64,000 bases of DNA from Callorhinchus milii. Taxonomy: Eukaryota. The stretch spans positions 106,518,001 through 106,582,000 of the forward strand of contig NW_024704742.1 in assembly GCF_018977255.1 (NCBI RefSeq), in the 5' to 3' direction. This document shows, piece after piece, positions 13,598 to 26,778 of the stretch. Position numbers and translations under genes: made by a program. Every line of letters starts with the position of its first letter. Position 1 is the first letter of the stretch. Below the pieces are notes generated by a model that saw nothing but the letters and a program-made list of their open reading frames with translations, did no database searches and had not been told where the DNA came from.

Positions 13598-13912
13598 TAA
13601 TAATAATAATCCTTGCATTTGATATAGTGCTTTTCACGTCGGGAGGACGTCCCAAAGCGCTTCACAGTACACACTGTAAAGTGAATTGACTGTATATTTG
13701 TGGGCGAACGCGGCAGCCAATTGCGCACAGCAATGTCCCACAAACAGTCGTAGATTGAAAATGACCAATTTATTATTGTTTTTGGTTTTGGAGGGATTAT
13801 TATTAGGCGTGTGGAGTAAAGAAACTTGCCCAAGGTTTCGCCCTGCCTGGAATTGAACTCAGGTCTCTCGCTTGCAAAGCAAGTGCTCTAACCACTGAGC
13901 TGCAGGACTCCG
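13598..13912 (-). mobile_element. Young tRNA-Ala SINE
   Basis: Reverse complement of the same unit. Confidence 0.93.
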
Positions 13913-14749
13913 ATGACTATACAGGACTATGATCATTGGATTGAAGACTATGACCTTGTTTATATATAACTGGGTGCTATAGCGCTTCTCAAACCTCTCT
14001 ATAGAGTTGAATTCCCAATGATCAGAATTAGCAGTGAATCAAAATAAATCAGACTTCAGAAACGTAAACTGAGGTAAAAATGCAGCCACCTGCTGCATTG
14101 TCAAAAGGGATCTTTTTTCTAATAGGTTGCATTTAGCTGCAAGGCCTTTCCTAAACCCAAATGTTCCAATGAATCCTTGCTCATTATTTTAACTTGTAAT
14201 GTAAGTAACATTAATCTCAGAAGATTTATGTTGGGGATAGCAATGCTTTTTTTCAGCCAGAGGTAAACCTCAATGAAAATCTAGTGAAATCTGGGGTGAG
14301 GTGAATGAGCATTAAGTGATTTGTTCAGTTAGTAATACACAACTTTAAATTCTGTTTTGTTTTTATTATTGTATTTGATTGGTTTTCCTTACAGTTGTAC
14401 AGCTGTAAAGGCTTTTTTGGTGTCATCGACAGTAATAATAATAATAATCTTGTGCTTGATATAGAGCCTTATTACGTCGTTGAGACATCTCAAAGAGCTT
14501 CACAGGATAATTGATCTAATCAGTTCATCAAACAAGAAATTAAAAGCTTAAATTCTATAATTTACCTGACAGTAATACCAACAACATATGCTTGTGAAGA
14601 ATGAAAACTTTACAAAAGGCATTCAGAAAGCCTGGACGTATTAAGTAGGTCAATATAAATTTAAACAGTACTGAATAGGAAATCCTCCATCTTTCATTAC
14701 AAGTTTACAAACAAGTTTTGGATAAAGAAGGTGCTTCAAGCCATTTAGT

Positions 14750-15040
14750 GCCAACCCTACCGACTGGCTCTGGCCTTTTGTACGTCCCTCATGCCCTCCA
14801 TTCCACCATTGGTGGCTGCGCTTTCAGTCTCAACACCCCCGAAACTCTGGAACACTCTTCCATTATCCCTCTGCATTATCCCTTCCTTCTCCATCTTTGG
14901 GTCGCGCCTGAAAACCTTCCTCTTTGACCATGCCTACCGCCATCTCCCCCTGGCTCGGCATTGTTAGCCACTGTCAAGCATTGTAGGATGATTTCCTGGG
15001 TGATGGGTGCTATATAAATTCAACTTATTGTTTTTGTTGT
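14750..15040 (+). mobile_element. L2 3' fragment (subfamily as at 24600-24910)
   Basis: GSGLLYVPHALHSTIGGCAFS; tail gtgctatataaattcaacttattgtt. Confidence 0.8.
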
Positions 15041-16299
15041 CCATCACAGCATTAAACTGATTCTTAAATGAGTTAAACCACACTTCCTAGTTATTTGTTC
15101 CAGCTGTTGATCACCCTGCTTATCAAATTCTAAGTCACTTGATTGGGTTTTGCGTTTGAGACAGTTCCTTGGCGTCTTTGGATTTTTCTTTGGGCAGCTG
15201 GTTGTCTGATACATGTGGAAACCTATCACTATGCTAAAGAATATCCAAACTAGACTAAGAGTTCAACAGATGTATGCCATCTATGGATGGAAATGTCCTA
15301 TGCATGGAAATGTCTTTGTATCTGGAATGGAATGTATGTTTTCTCCCTAAAGAGCTGTATCTACTTACTTAATTCTGGAGAGTTTCAGGCCCAGATTAGT
15401 GAGAGCCAAGATTTCAGAGTGCACGTTGGGGTACTGTTGGAATTTAACCAACTAAAACCACATAACTCACAATCGAGAGTGCCATCTGACAAGCTTCCTG
15501 TTGCTTGTCCGGCTACAATCATCTATTCCTTATATTTTTGGCTTGCAGAGCTGAGTGAGAAGAATCCCTGGCCCCAGTTTCTTTGTTTCTTTTAGGTTTC
15601 CCAGATAGTTTACTTGAATGGTGATTTAGCAAAGAGACATACTGCTACATTGTATTCATTAAAATTGTCCAATTTAATTATTCTCATTATCCAATACATA
15701 TCGATATACCAAGTGTATGATATTAAAACTGCAAAATTCTGTGTAGATGTAAGATGGGGATTGAAACATGTGGAAACATCTGACATTTTGAGTAATTCTA
15801 AACACATGTGAAGTTGCACGTTTAGACCACCCTAATAGAACACACTGTATATTTTGCTGAAACTTCAGACATTGCACAATTGTCAGTGTATTAATCCCCT
15901 TATCATCAAATCCCAATAAAATAATCAGTGCTCACTTCAGTGTTAAATACACTAAAACATCAACAATATTTGGAATAAAACAGAAAAAATCTGCTTTTAC
16001 AATTATTGCTGACAGCTGGGATCTCTCCTGAAATGAAAACTAGGTGTCCCATGGCACAATGTGAAACTGGATCCAAATATTAAGTGTGCTTGAATATTAA
16101 GAGATGAATGTTGCCATGGTGAACGGTCTTGAAGACCACTTTACTTTGACTATGCAGAGAGGTGAATGACCCAACCTATGATGGGATGATGATTGGTCAA
16201 TGATTCAATCCAGTATTACAAATGTATTATTTTTATTTCAGCTTCAATTTTAAATGTCAAAACCACATTGAGTAAGTTTGTATTGTAGTGTTTATCTGT

Positions 16300-16930
16300 A
16301 CCCTTTAGAATCTTAAATACTTCAATAAGATCTCTCCCGTGCTTTTTCTCCAGTATAAACCTTCCAAATTGTCATCCCCTTTCCTTGTAGCTCAGGTATG
16401 TGATTACAGCTGCCTTCTCTGTGCCCTCTCCAATGCCAGGATTACATAGAATGACATAAAATGTTATAGCATGGAACAAGCCACTCAGGCTAACCAGTCT
16501 GCGCCAGTGTTTATACTCCACATGAGCCTCTGGCCCTCCTAATCCGCTCTCTAATGCCCTTCTGTTCCCTTCTGGATGTCCCTCCTATAGTACGGTCATC
16601 AGAATTGTGCACATTACTCCAGTTGGAATGATTCCGTGCTTGACCATCACTTCCTGGTGCTTTCCCTTAATCTCTCTGTCTACACACCATAAGATGTATG
16701 CTTTCTTCACTGTTGCCACACAGTGGTTTCAAGAAGATTTCCGCCAGCCCTCACATCCCTCTGCTGTGTTGTGCCCTGTAGCTAAATACCATTTAACCTA
16801 TATTCCCACTGTTTATTCTCCTTTCCCAGTCTCATCAATTTGTATTTAACCACATTAAATAACGTGTCACTTATCAGCCCAACTTCCCAATCTGTCCACA
16901 TCCCTGTGCATTTAGAGCCACAGAACCATA
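16300..16930 (-). mobile_element. Decayed CR1 fragments
   Basis: Reverse-complement CR1 3'-end motifs (catagaatgacataa..., ggatgtccctcctatagtacggtc). Confidence 0.55.
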
Positions 16931-17285
16931 GAACCATTCACAGAACTTTTGTTTGTCTACAAAACATACACTTTATATCTGTGTGGGCAAATATCCTGGG
17001 TGTTACTGTTATGATTATTTGATCTGAATCACTGACCTTTTAAAAGTTATTTTGCAGCTATTGCAAGTAACTTCTTTACTGATAGAGGCTAAACACATAG
17101 AGACCATTGATTGAGGTAGTATGACAATCACATTCACAAGGGAAGCTACAGCAGTCTTTGATAACTGTAAGCTGTGCGTTAGCTTATATTTATAGTATTT
17201 ATAAAATTTATGTCATTCAGGTTGAGGGGAAATATTAACAAATACTTTAAATGCGGAGGAAGTGGTCAATTTATTTCTATCTACA

Positions 17286-17490
17286 GTAACAACAACAAAA
17301 AAATTACATTTGTACAGCAGCTTTCACGTCGGGAGGACGTCCCAAGGCATTGGACAATCAGTGTTTCGGACCCGAGCTGGGGATCGGGATCGGGGAGGGT
17401 GGAGGGCAGTGGGGAAGGAGGGTGATTGAAGACACGGTCGAAGAGGAGAGTCTTGAGACGGGTCTTGAAGAAGGCAAAGGAGGGAAGGGT
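17286..17490 (-). mobile_element. L2 3' tail fragment
   Basis: Same tail sequence as the other L2 copies. Confidence 0.85.
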
Positions 17491-17690
17491 TATATCTCTA
17501 TATCTACCTATCTATTTACCGACCTACCTACCTACCTGCCTGCCTGCCTGCCTACCTACCTATCTCTCTCTGTATCTATCCATCTGTCTGTCTGTCTGTC
17601 TATTTATCTCTCTCTCGCTGTCTGTCTGTCCACCCGCTTGTCTGTCATCTCTATATCTCTCTCTGTCTGTCTATCTGTTTGTCTATCACT
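17490..17690. repeat. Compound microsatellite (TCTA/CCTA/CCTG/TCTG)n
   Basis: Directly visible tetranucleotide repeats abutting an L2 3' fragment. Confidence 0.9.
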
Positions 17691-18083
17691 AAAAGTAGCA
17701 AGCTGTTTTACATCTGTGTACTGTAATTTCTAAAGAAATAACTCAGAGTTTAGCTTTCATAATATGGTTTAATTTGCCAAATACTCAAATTTGTCCCAAT
17801 TCAGCCACCTCCTGTTTTAAATAAAAGCTTTTTTGAGACACAAAATGTTCTGAGCGTACACATCACTGTCTTCTTGTCCCATTTTGTTATCCACATTCTG
17901 TTTATAGAATGAGTAACCAGCCTTCTCTTGGAGTTTAGTATCCAGTGCGTCCAGTGAGTTTTTAAAAAGACTGCAGGAAATCTTTTATCAATTCAATCTC
18001 TTGGTTGTCCAGTGGAATGTGATAGTGGTGATTCACCAGTCTGATTTCTATCCAGATTATAGTAGAGAACAAACACCATTTGC

Positions 18084-18338
18084 ACCAAAAACAGAGAGAG
18101 CTGGGAAAACTCAGCAGGTCAGGCAGCATCTATGGAGGAAGGAAAGTGAGTCAACATTTCGGGTCCACGACCTTTCATCAGAATTGTTCTGACAAAGAAC
18201 TGTTCTGACGAAGGTTCGTGGACCCGAAACGTTGACTCACTTTCCTTTCTCCATAGATGCTGCCTGACCTGCTGAGTTTTCCCAGGTCTCTCTGTTTTTG
18301 TTCAGATTTCCAGCATCTGCAGTATTTTATGTTTTGTT
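18084..18338. mobile_element. Penelope-like element terminus (pLTR) in inverted arrangement, with hammerhead ribozyme cores
   Basis: ~100 bp inverted arms (18086-18183 and 18203-18300), TSD caccatttgc (18074 and 18339), and CTGACGA-stem-GAAAC at 18205-18230. Confidence 0.8.
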
Positions 18339-20724
18339 CACCATTTGCCCCAGTTGTATCATGAAGCATGAGTTAAACAATGTCCATTCTCACCAACCAA
18401 CGTGTTTTCCAGTGTTGCTTACAGTAGTATTGACCAATGAAATAGAACCCTTATTTATTGTTAAATTTCTTCTATTATTATATTATATTATTACAGATGA
18501 GTGCACAGAAAGGAAGAAATGGGGACAACTACAACAAATGACATCCTTTTCACCACAAGTGGACATCCCAACGCGAGAGAAGGGAGGAAGGTACAGAAGG
18601 AAGCAGAAGGACAAAGAATGGAAGGAGGGATAAGAGGAAGGAAGGTAACTATTGTGCTTCTTTAGCAGATACTTATAGAAACTTTGGAGCAGCCACCTCA
18701 GAAACTAGGAATGTAACAGTGAATTGGAACAACTTAATAAGCGATAGAAAGTTATAAAGAAAAAAAGAAATGATCGGGGAAATTAAATCAAACTAAAAAA
18801 GAATAGCTTGTGTTGCCACCATGGATTAAATTGTCTCTCTCCCACTGACACACGTGTTAAATGATTTGGTCGGGATATAATGAAAATAGTTAAGGTATAG
18901 TGAGAGTTTACTTCATAGGATATGAAAGGAATATGATGAGAATATAATTAAGACAATTAAAATGCCATAGACAAAATATAATATTTGCAGAGCTGGTAAT
19001 ATTTTATTTAAATTTGTATAAATATTTAATGTATATATAACTAACGCAATAGGACTATTTAGTGTATTTATTATATTAAAGGACAGAACTCATTTTAATG
19101 TAATAAAAATTATGGAACTATTTATAGTAAATATAATTGTACATCACTATGTAGAGTATATATCACACGAATGACAGAACTTGTCCAGATAATTAATATC
19201 ATATCAAATGTTTAGACATATAATATAACAATTACAAATCATAATTACAGATTATTTACCCAGGGCAGCATTTGAAAATCACAGAACTGCTTCTCCCCAA
19301 AGCATATTGGGGAAAGGCATTGGCTGGAGCCAGACTGAACTGTACAGGCAAGAAGATTACAGGTTAACAATTTGTTATGTTAGCTCATGTCAGGCCGGTA
19401 AGCAATTGAGTCACCACAATTGTCGTCAGCATTGCTGGATAAGGAAGGGAGATATCAATCAACGTACCTACTCCTGTTTACTATTCAGAGACTTCTGCTG
19501 GAAGTTGCACAAGTGTGCATGTTGGGCAGAAAAGCTTAAGGCAATCTGCTGCCCTCGGCAAAACTTTAGTGTGTCACCCCCACCCGTTTAGAATGTCATA
19601 GCTTTATCTTTAACTTAAGAGAGATGAATTTACCTTAAAACACCTACAGACCACCACTAGCACTATCATGCAGCGCTCACTGCAGCCTCACTCTTCTGAA
19701 TTTCGCTCATCAAGCATTCAAAAAAGAAATCTGCCACCTTAGGCATCTGCCTAGTTTGCCTATAATTACAGCAACCCCTGATATTGGGTGTGAATGGGCT
19801 TGGTAAGAGCCATGGTCACAGGGATGGGAATTTAGATTATGGCACAGATCATTTGGGTTCACAGATAGCTGGTAGGATCTCTAAGGTGGCTACACTAAAA
19901 GGAAGAGAACAAATGGGTTTAAAGTCTTTATCTGGACATCTCTTTGAACAGTTGGAAGCAGGAGAAATGGGAAATTGAGTATAAGAGGTGTTAATTAGAA
20001 GACAGTAACACTAAGAATGAAATGGAAAGGTGGCAGAGTGACAGACTGGTAAGCAATGGGTAAACAAGCAGAGGATACAGGTAATTGAAGCACTCATACT
20101 AACATACGGGATTTGTCTTGGTACAAAGGTTGTGGTACTTGATTAACTACATTAGAATTCTTGATGTCCCAGGCAATTTATTCCCCCTTTTCAGTTGTAA
20201 AATCAAAACAGTTGCATAGAATGACATAGAATCAAACGACACAGAAGGAGGCCATTCAGCCCAAACAGTCTGTGTCAGTATTTATATTCCCCACGAATAC
20301 CCACCCCCAACTATTCCCCTTTCTTATATTCACTCCATTTTCATTTAACAAGGAATAGCAGTGCTTTCTGCATCAACTACTCCAATAACAAAATCACCAA
20401 CTCAGATTGCAGTTTAATGTTTAAGTTATTTCACATATAAACTATCTTGCAGCATTGGCTCAAATGAACATGAACATACCATTTAAGTAAGTCCATATTG
20501 TACAAGGTGTATTCCACAGTGCAGCAGTTGGGACATTTTCGGGTTTGATGGTCCTGCAAAGATTACTAGCAACACGTTTAACACAACTCAAAACTCTCTT
20601 GGCATCAGGCATTTAATCGCTCAAATTAATGTTTGCCCTCTAATTTAATGGTCCCAGCCTCTCAACAAAAGTAGTTCATGCTGAATCGATTAACTCCTTC
20701 AAAAATATCTGGTTAGGTATCTAT

Positions 20725-21830
20725 TTGAGAAATGTATTGAACCAAGTAAGGATAAGGAGGCTCAAGGGGCTGAACACCAATAAATCCTCTGGGAAGGATG
20801 AGCTATACTCCAGAGTGCTTAGAGAGACTTGGGAGAAGATTTGTGAAGCATCAATGGTCATTTCGAGTGATTCAATGAACAAAGAGGAGGTGTCAGCAGA
20901 ATGGAAGTAGCAAACATTATTTCCAATGTACTGTGCAAGAACCTGTTTCATGTCCTCCGCCCTACCCACCTTATCCTCAGCCAGCAGGCTTTCAGCCAAC
21001 CTGCCTTCACTCTCTGGAAATCTGTCCCTACGACTCGCTCCCTCCCTCAGCTTATTCAAAGTCCATCTCCAGACCTACCTCTTTCACCGTGCTTTCGATC
21101 ATCTTTCCCCTCCCCAACTTCAACCCCCAGCTCAGGTGTCCAGCTAGTACTATTAAATGCTTTGAGACGTCCTCTTGACATGAAAGGCACAATATAAATA
21201 TAAATGTTTTTGTAAGATGAAAGATGGCAGACATGGAAACTACAGACCTATATTAGGCTTATCTCAATAACTGAAAAACAAATGAAATCAGTATTTAGTA
21301 GAAAATAGTCTGAATGGTTTTAGAAGAGACAGATCAACTTGACTAACCTCATAGGCTTTTTGAGGAGATGACATTCCAAATTTACAGTGGGAACCATAGG
21401 TGATATTTTACCTAGACTTTTGAAAGGTCTTGGTTAAATTACCACACACGAGAAGTCCATACAAATCATTAGTAGCAGACATTGGCAGACAAGGGTGTAG
21501 ATTAATATGTGGATGAAGTAAAGGAACCAGACAATATTAACAAAGTGAGGCCAAAATAAGGGAAAGTATTAATGGGTTGCATCAGGGGCCCGCCCCATGG
21601 CCCTCATTTATTACTAGAACACATAAATTATACAGTCTCAAGGACTCAGCGTATTTACATTTGCAGATGGTACTAAGCTCGGGGAACTGTGGAATCAGAG
21701 GGGCAGCCAAGATCTTACAAATAGAATTTTACAGGGTGTGCATCTGGAAGGGTCACCAGTAAATCAAGTTCGATACAAATGCAAGGTACTGCATAGAGGA
21801 AGTAAAAACAGGGCGCACTATGGGGGAGAA
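20725..21830 (+). mobile_element. Old CR1 fragment interrupted by an L2 3' fragment (~20925-21210)
   Basis: LKGLNTNKSSGKDELYSRVLRE...VSAEWK, then L2 tail sequence, then decayed CR1 RT (GNYRPI-like, YLDF-like). Confidence 0.75.
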
Positions 21831-22035
21831 ATTCCATATTGGTCTAAACATCGACTATTTTCTTAGCATTTCAGTTGGTACATAATTTGGGAAATTCTTA
21901 AGTGCAGTCTTAAAATGAAACTGTTTTTCTGTAAGTTCTTTTAATAATGTGTTTAAGAATTTGTCAAATTTGTCACCCTCTGAAAAATGATAAGAAAATA
22001 GTGTAAGTCTAGAAACTAAGTGAAATTCTCCCCAA
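21822..22035. mobile_element. Old palindromic MITE-like element
   Basis: Termini ggggagaaatt / aaattctcccc and internal ttcttaa / ttaagaa symmetry. Confidence 0.5.
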
Positions 22036-23469
22036 TGTTCACCCACAAAATACTCAGTCACTCTACTTTACAATATATACAGGGAAGTACTTTGGGATGG
22101 CACGCTGACATGAAAGGCACTACATGAAATGTATGGACTATTATTTTATACTGCCCTACGTGGATTGGCTACATTGCCAGTACAGTTAAGTACAAAGCCT
22201 CAGAAGTCAACATGACCTGTTTCACCAAAAAACAGCAAATCATCTTTATCGCCTGAGTCATTGAGGAATCTCTTCTTGAACTTTTTTTTAAAAAACTTTT
22301 GTTTTCAAGGCTTTTATTGCTGATTTCTTTGTGCTATTTGGCAAACCTTTGCTGTCTGTTTCCAAACATGTAATGTCACTCAAAAATATATCACAGAGTT
22401 GCTTGCGAGTGAACATCATAATGAAAATACACAGTGCTCATTGTGGCTCTTTTCCCTTACAAAACAAACTGATTTCCCAGCTACTTTTCATGAGCTGTGC
22501 CCTTATCAATTTTTGACTTTCAAAGTCTCACGGAGAGGGTAATTCTTTTGGAACTGCAGATTTTTCAAATCTAGTGACAGTTTATTTACTTAAGATCTTT
22601 TTGCCAGGAATCGGTAGCTCTCAAAGATGAGCTGGTTAATAGAGGGGCTCCACAGATTGCCAAAGTCCAAGATTACCATTCCAACTGTCCCTCTTTTCCT
22701 TCATGCATCTTGCCCATGAATTGTGTCATTTGGTACTGGTTGTGATTTTCCACTGTGTATAACCACTGAGAGCTGACAAGCTCTTCACAGTACAATGTGT
22801 GATAGGCAGGTTGAAATGCTGCTCTCCCCTGAGACTCAAATCTGTGACTATAGAGCTATGAGTTATTGCTCCGTTGTAGCTACTTTAAGCCTCTATTTTG
22901 CAGAAGATTTTTTTTAACCTGTTTGAACTGCAACAAAATCCCTATGTACAAGATGTGAATCCCAATATTCCTGCAGAGTCAGCAAAGGAATTAAATAAAA
23001 CCTATACAATTCTCTTCATTGTGACCAAAATGGCTGCAATTTGCCCATCAGCATATAGGTAATGTGTCAACACATTATCATCGCATCAATGTATGTACAA
23101 TCAGCAAAGAATGTGAATGCCTCTATACGCAATTAATTAAGTTTTCACATTTTTTTAGCCATGCTGTAAATTAAATCAGATTACAATACCATTAGTAATT
23201 GTCATTACATAAATGTATTGTTGACAGATTAGTATTTCTGCTAAATGTTTTTTTTAAAAATAACTATTCGATCCCTGAGTTATGTCTTAGTTACATGTTC
23301 TTCAAGGGTAAAACTGTGTGGTGGCCCTTTATCTGTCCAATGCTGTCAAGCATTTGAGCACTTCACGTTTAGGTACACTCATGCAAATATGGATGAATGC
23401 ATCCTGTGTGTATAAAATAAAATGCAAAGATGATTATTATAAGTTTGTTTGTGACTAAGCTGATTAGTC

Positions 23470-24910
23470 ACCCTAGCCACTACCACCCTATTTCAAACTT
23501 GCCCTTCCTCACCAAAGTCCTAGAATGCGTTGTTGCCAATCAACTTTGTGGACACCTCCTCCCACTCCCTCTTTGAACCCCTCCAGTCCGGTTTCCGCCC
23601 TGCCCACAGTACAGAGACTGCACTTGTGAAAGTCTCAAATGATATCCTCTCTATCTTTGACAAGGGCTCCCTCTGTCTCCTTGTCCTCCTGGACTTCTCC
23701 ACTGCTTTCGACATAGTTGATCATGCCATTGTCCTCCACCTCCTTTCCTCCGTCATCCACCTCAGTGGGACCGCACTCACCTGGTTCGAGTCCTACCTCA
23801 TGAACCGTCAGCAGTACATCTGCATAAATGGCTTCTCCTCCTCACCCGGTCACCTGCGGGGTACCCCAAGGATCCATTCTTGGCCCCTTCCTCTTCCTAA
23901 TCTATATGCTCCCTCTTGGGGATGTCACCCGCTGACATGGGGTAAGTTTCCACATGTATGTGGACGACACCCAACTCCATTTTTCCACCTCACTTTGCGA
24001 CCCCCAGTCTCCCGATGTTCTGTCAGCCTGCCTGTCAGACCTCAGGAGCTGGATGAGCGTGAATTTCCTTCAGCTAAATGTTGAAAAGACAAAAACCATA
24101 TTCTTTGGCTCTCATCAACGTCTAAATTCACATGGTTCTCACCTCCTCCACCTACCCGACATCCCCCTAAAACTCTCCGAACTCATACGCAACCTATGCA
24201 TCAGGTTCGACCCCCAATTATCCTTCCTCCCCCACATCTGGTCCCTCACCAGTACCACTTTCTTCCACCTCCAACTCATCTTCCGTCTCCGCCAATACCT
24301 CACTCCAAAAGCCGCTGAAACCCTGGTCCATGCTTTTGTCACCTCTCGGCTGGACTATTCAAATGCCCTCCTTGCCGTCTCCCCTCCACTACCATTCATT
24401 AAATCCAGGTCATCCAAAACTCTGCTGCCCGCATTCTTACCCGCACCAAACTCCGCTCCCCGATTACCCCAGTCCTTGCCAGACTGCACTGGCTGCCTAT
24501 CCCAGAGAGGATCAACTTCAAGATCCTCACTCTTGTCTTCAAATCCCTCGACTCCTCTGCACCCCCCCTACCTATTGACCTCCTCTCTCCTCACAACTGT
24601 GCCCGCTGCCTTCGCTCCATCGGGTCTGGCCTCCTTCTTGTCCCCCTAATCCTCCACTTCACCATCGGTGGCCATACCTTCAGCCACTTCGTCCCGAGGC
24701 TCTGGAACTCTCTTCCTCACTCCCTTCGCCTCGCCCTCTCACTTCCTATTTTCAGGTCTCGGCTGAAGATCTTTCTTCTCAACCGCACCTTTGGTCACCT
24801 TCCTCCCCCTCCCACTGGCTCGGCCCCGGGATCCGTTACTGTGAAGCGCTCTGAGACGCCGTCCTGCATGGAGGGCGCTATATAAATCCAAGTTGTTTTT
24901 GTTGTTGTTG
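23470..24910 (+). mobile_element. L2-clade LINE, RT domain plus 3' tail, frameshifted
   Basis: QSGFRPAHSTETALVKVSND, LLDFSTAFDIVDH, GVPQGS-like segment, YVDDTQL, AFVTSRLDYSNALL; tail gggcgctatataaatccaagttgtt. Confidence 0.95.
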
Positions 24911-25015
24911 ATTCAGGGTGTCTCCGGCAATCTAGTAAATAATTTTACAGTGAATACCTGGCAGGATTGGTTCAATAACCTCCTGCTATTGCCATACACT
25001 CTGCATGCAATGCAT

Positions 25016-25265
25016 GAAACCTTGGGCAAGTTTCCTTACTCCACACGCCTAATAATAAACCCTCCAAAAACAAAACACAATAATAAATTGGTCATTTTCA
25101 ATCTACGACTGTTTGTGGGACATTGCTGTGTGCAATTGGCTGCCGCGTTTGCCCACAAATATACAGTCAATTCACTTTACAGTGTATTCTGTGAAGCGCT
25201 TTCTGACGTCTAGAAGACGCGAAAAGCCCTATATCAAATGCAAGGATTATTATTATTATTATTAT
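25016..25265 (+). mobile_element. 5'-truncated tRNA-Ala SINE
   Basis: Starts at gaaaccttgggcaag; same body and tail. Confidence 0.9.
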
Positions 25266-26458
25266 AGATGCTATTTGCGCATATCATGTGTACGCAGTGT
25301 ACAGGAAGTGACATTAGCAGCAACTAGAAGATATCTATTTATTTGCACTTTGTCTATAATTCAGCCTGAATTTTTGGGGGATCCAAACAACAGCTTTATA
25401 ACAGGATTGTCCTGTAAAACAATGTCTATTAGCTACCATATTCTATACAGCTGATGCATAATTAATAGCAATGATATTGAAGTTGCCATAAATTATTCTG
25501 TCGGAGTTACCAGTCATATAGATGTTTATGAGTAAACAGCTCTGTTAGAGAAAATTTTAAGAAATTTGAGTGCACCGCTATACAGTATACAGTGGTTTGA
25601 GTGGAAAGGGTTGGTAACATTTGGCTGAGAAACAAATGTTATAAATTTGTTAACATGCTATGCAGTACATTTGAACCAACATACATTATCTTGACTGAAC
25701 AATTGAGGAGGCACAGAGGAAACGCGTACTCTCAAAGGGAGAAAACACGAAGCCTCCTGTGGCCATACTGTAATAAAAGCTGGATTACAGAGCCAGAGAG
25801 CAGTTAACCATGCGCATTCTTGGCTGGGGAGATTAAATAAGGGAAATAACTAATTTTAAAATGATGTGGCAGGCTCGGGAAGGGATCAATAAGATTTATT
25901 ATCCTGAGATGCATTTAATTATTTGGTGCTACATTTAAGAAAATACGAAAAGGACATTCAGCTTGTCCTGTTATCTGGTACTATTTGACGAGCTTATTTA
26001 ATTATTTTTCATTTATTTTCTGCCTTAAGCACAAGACTCTGCAGCCCCTGTGGAATAATTCCACTGAGCAAGCATATATTGCACTTGTTGGTATTAGCCA
26101 GTGAGCTGATTGCATGGTTAATAACTCATGGTGCTCTGTTCCAGCCTATTGATTTCATTCATTAATTTAACCACCTGCATCACGTTCTCCCTCACCTTTC
26201 CAGTTCTCTTCCTTATGATAAAATAAAACCTTTCCTCTTGTGGAGGGAGGCAAACAGGATATTCCTAGGTGAAATAGCTCCAGCAACAGCTGGCTGTTAA
26301 AGTGAGGAACGTGATTAAAAATAAACTTGGAAGCACGGACATGGGCTGAAACCTGCAAAAAAACTGCTGGTTTTTCTTTGCTGAACGAGTACCGTGTTAT
26401 GTGATTACTGATTTTTTTAAATCAGAAAGTACAGTGACCACAACCTGATGCAATATTT

Positions 26459-26778
26459 GAAACAAAAACAGAAGTCAATAGGAACACTCAGAAGGCAGCA
26501 TCTTTGGAGAAAGGAAAGTGAGTCAACGTTTTGGGTCCACGACCCTTTGTTAGAATTGGGACATGTTGAGAGGGATAGGATTTTAAGGGCTAACAGAGAG
26601 GGGGAGGCAGGGCAAGGAAGACACAGGAGAAAATGGGGTAGGGGGGGATGATGGGTTAAAGAGGTGTTAATGATGCAAAACAAAACTTCCAGTCTTCGTT
26701 GCCCTGCCTGACCTACTGAGCGTTCCCAATGACTTCTGTTTTTGTTTCAGATTTCCAGCATCTGCAGTGTTTTGCATT
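26459..26778. mobile_element. Penelope-like terminus, inverted arrangement
   Basis: Same pLTR sequence at both ends in opposite orientation; TSD ctgat(g/a)caatattt at 26445 and 26779. Confidence 0.8.

Noticed and set aside
23954..23980. YVDD instead of YADD in two L2 RT copies as a novel RT variant
   Set aside because: Simply explained by CpG decay (GCG to GTG); the copy near 49110 retains Ala.
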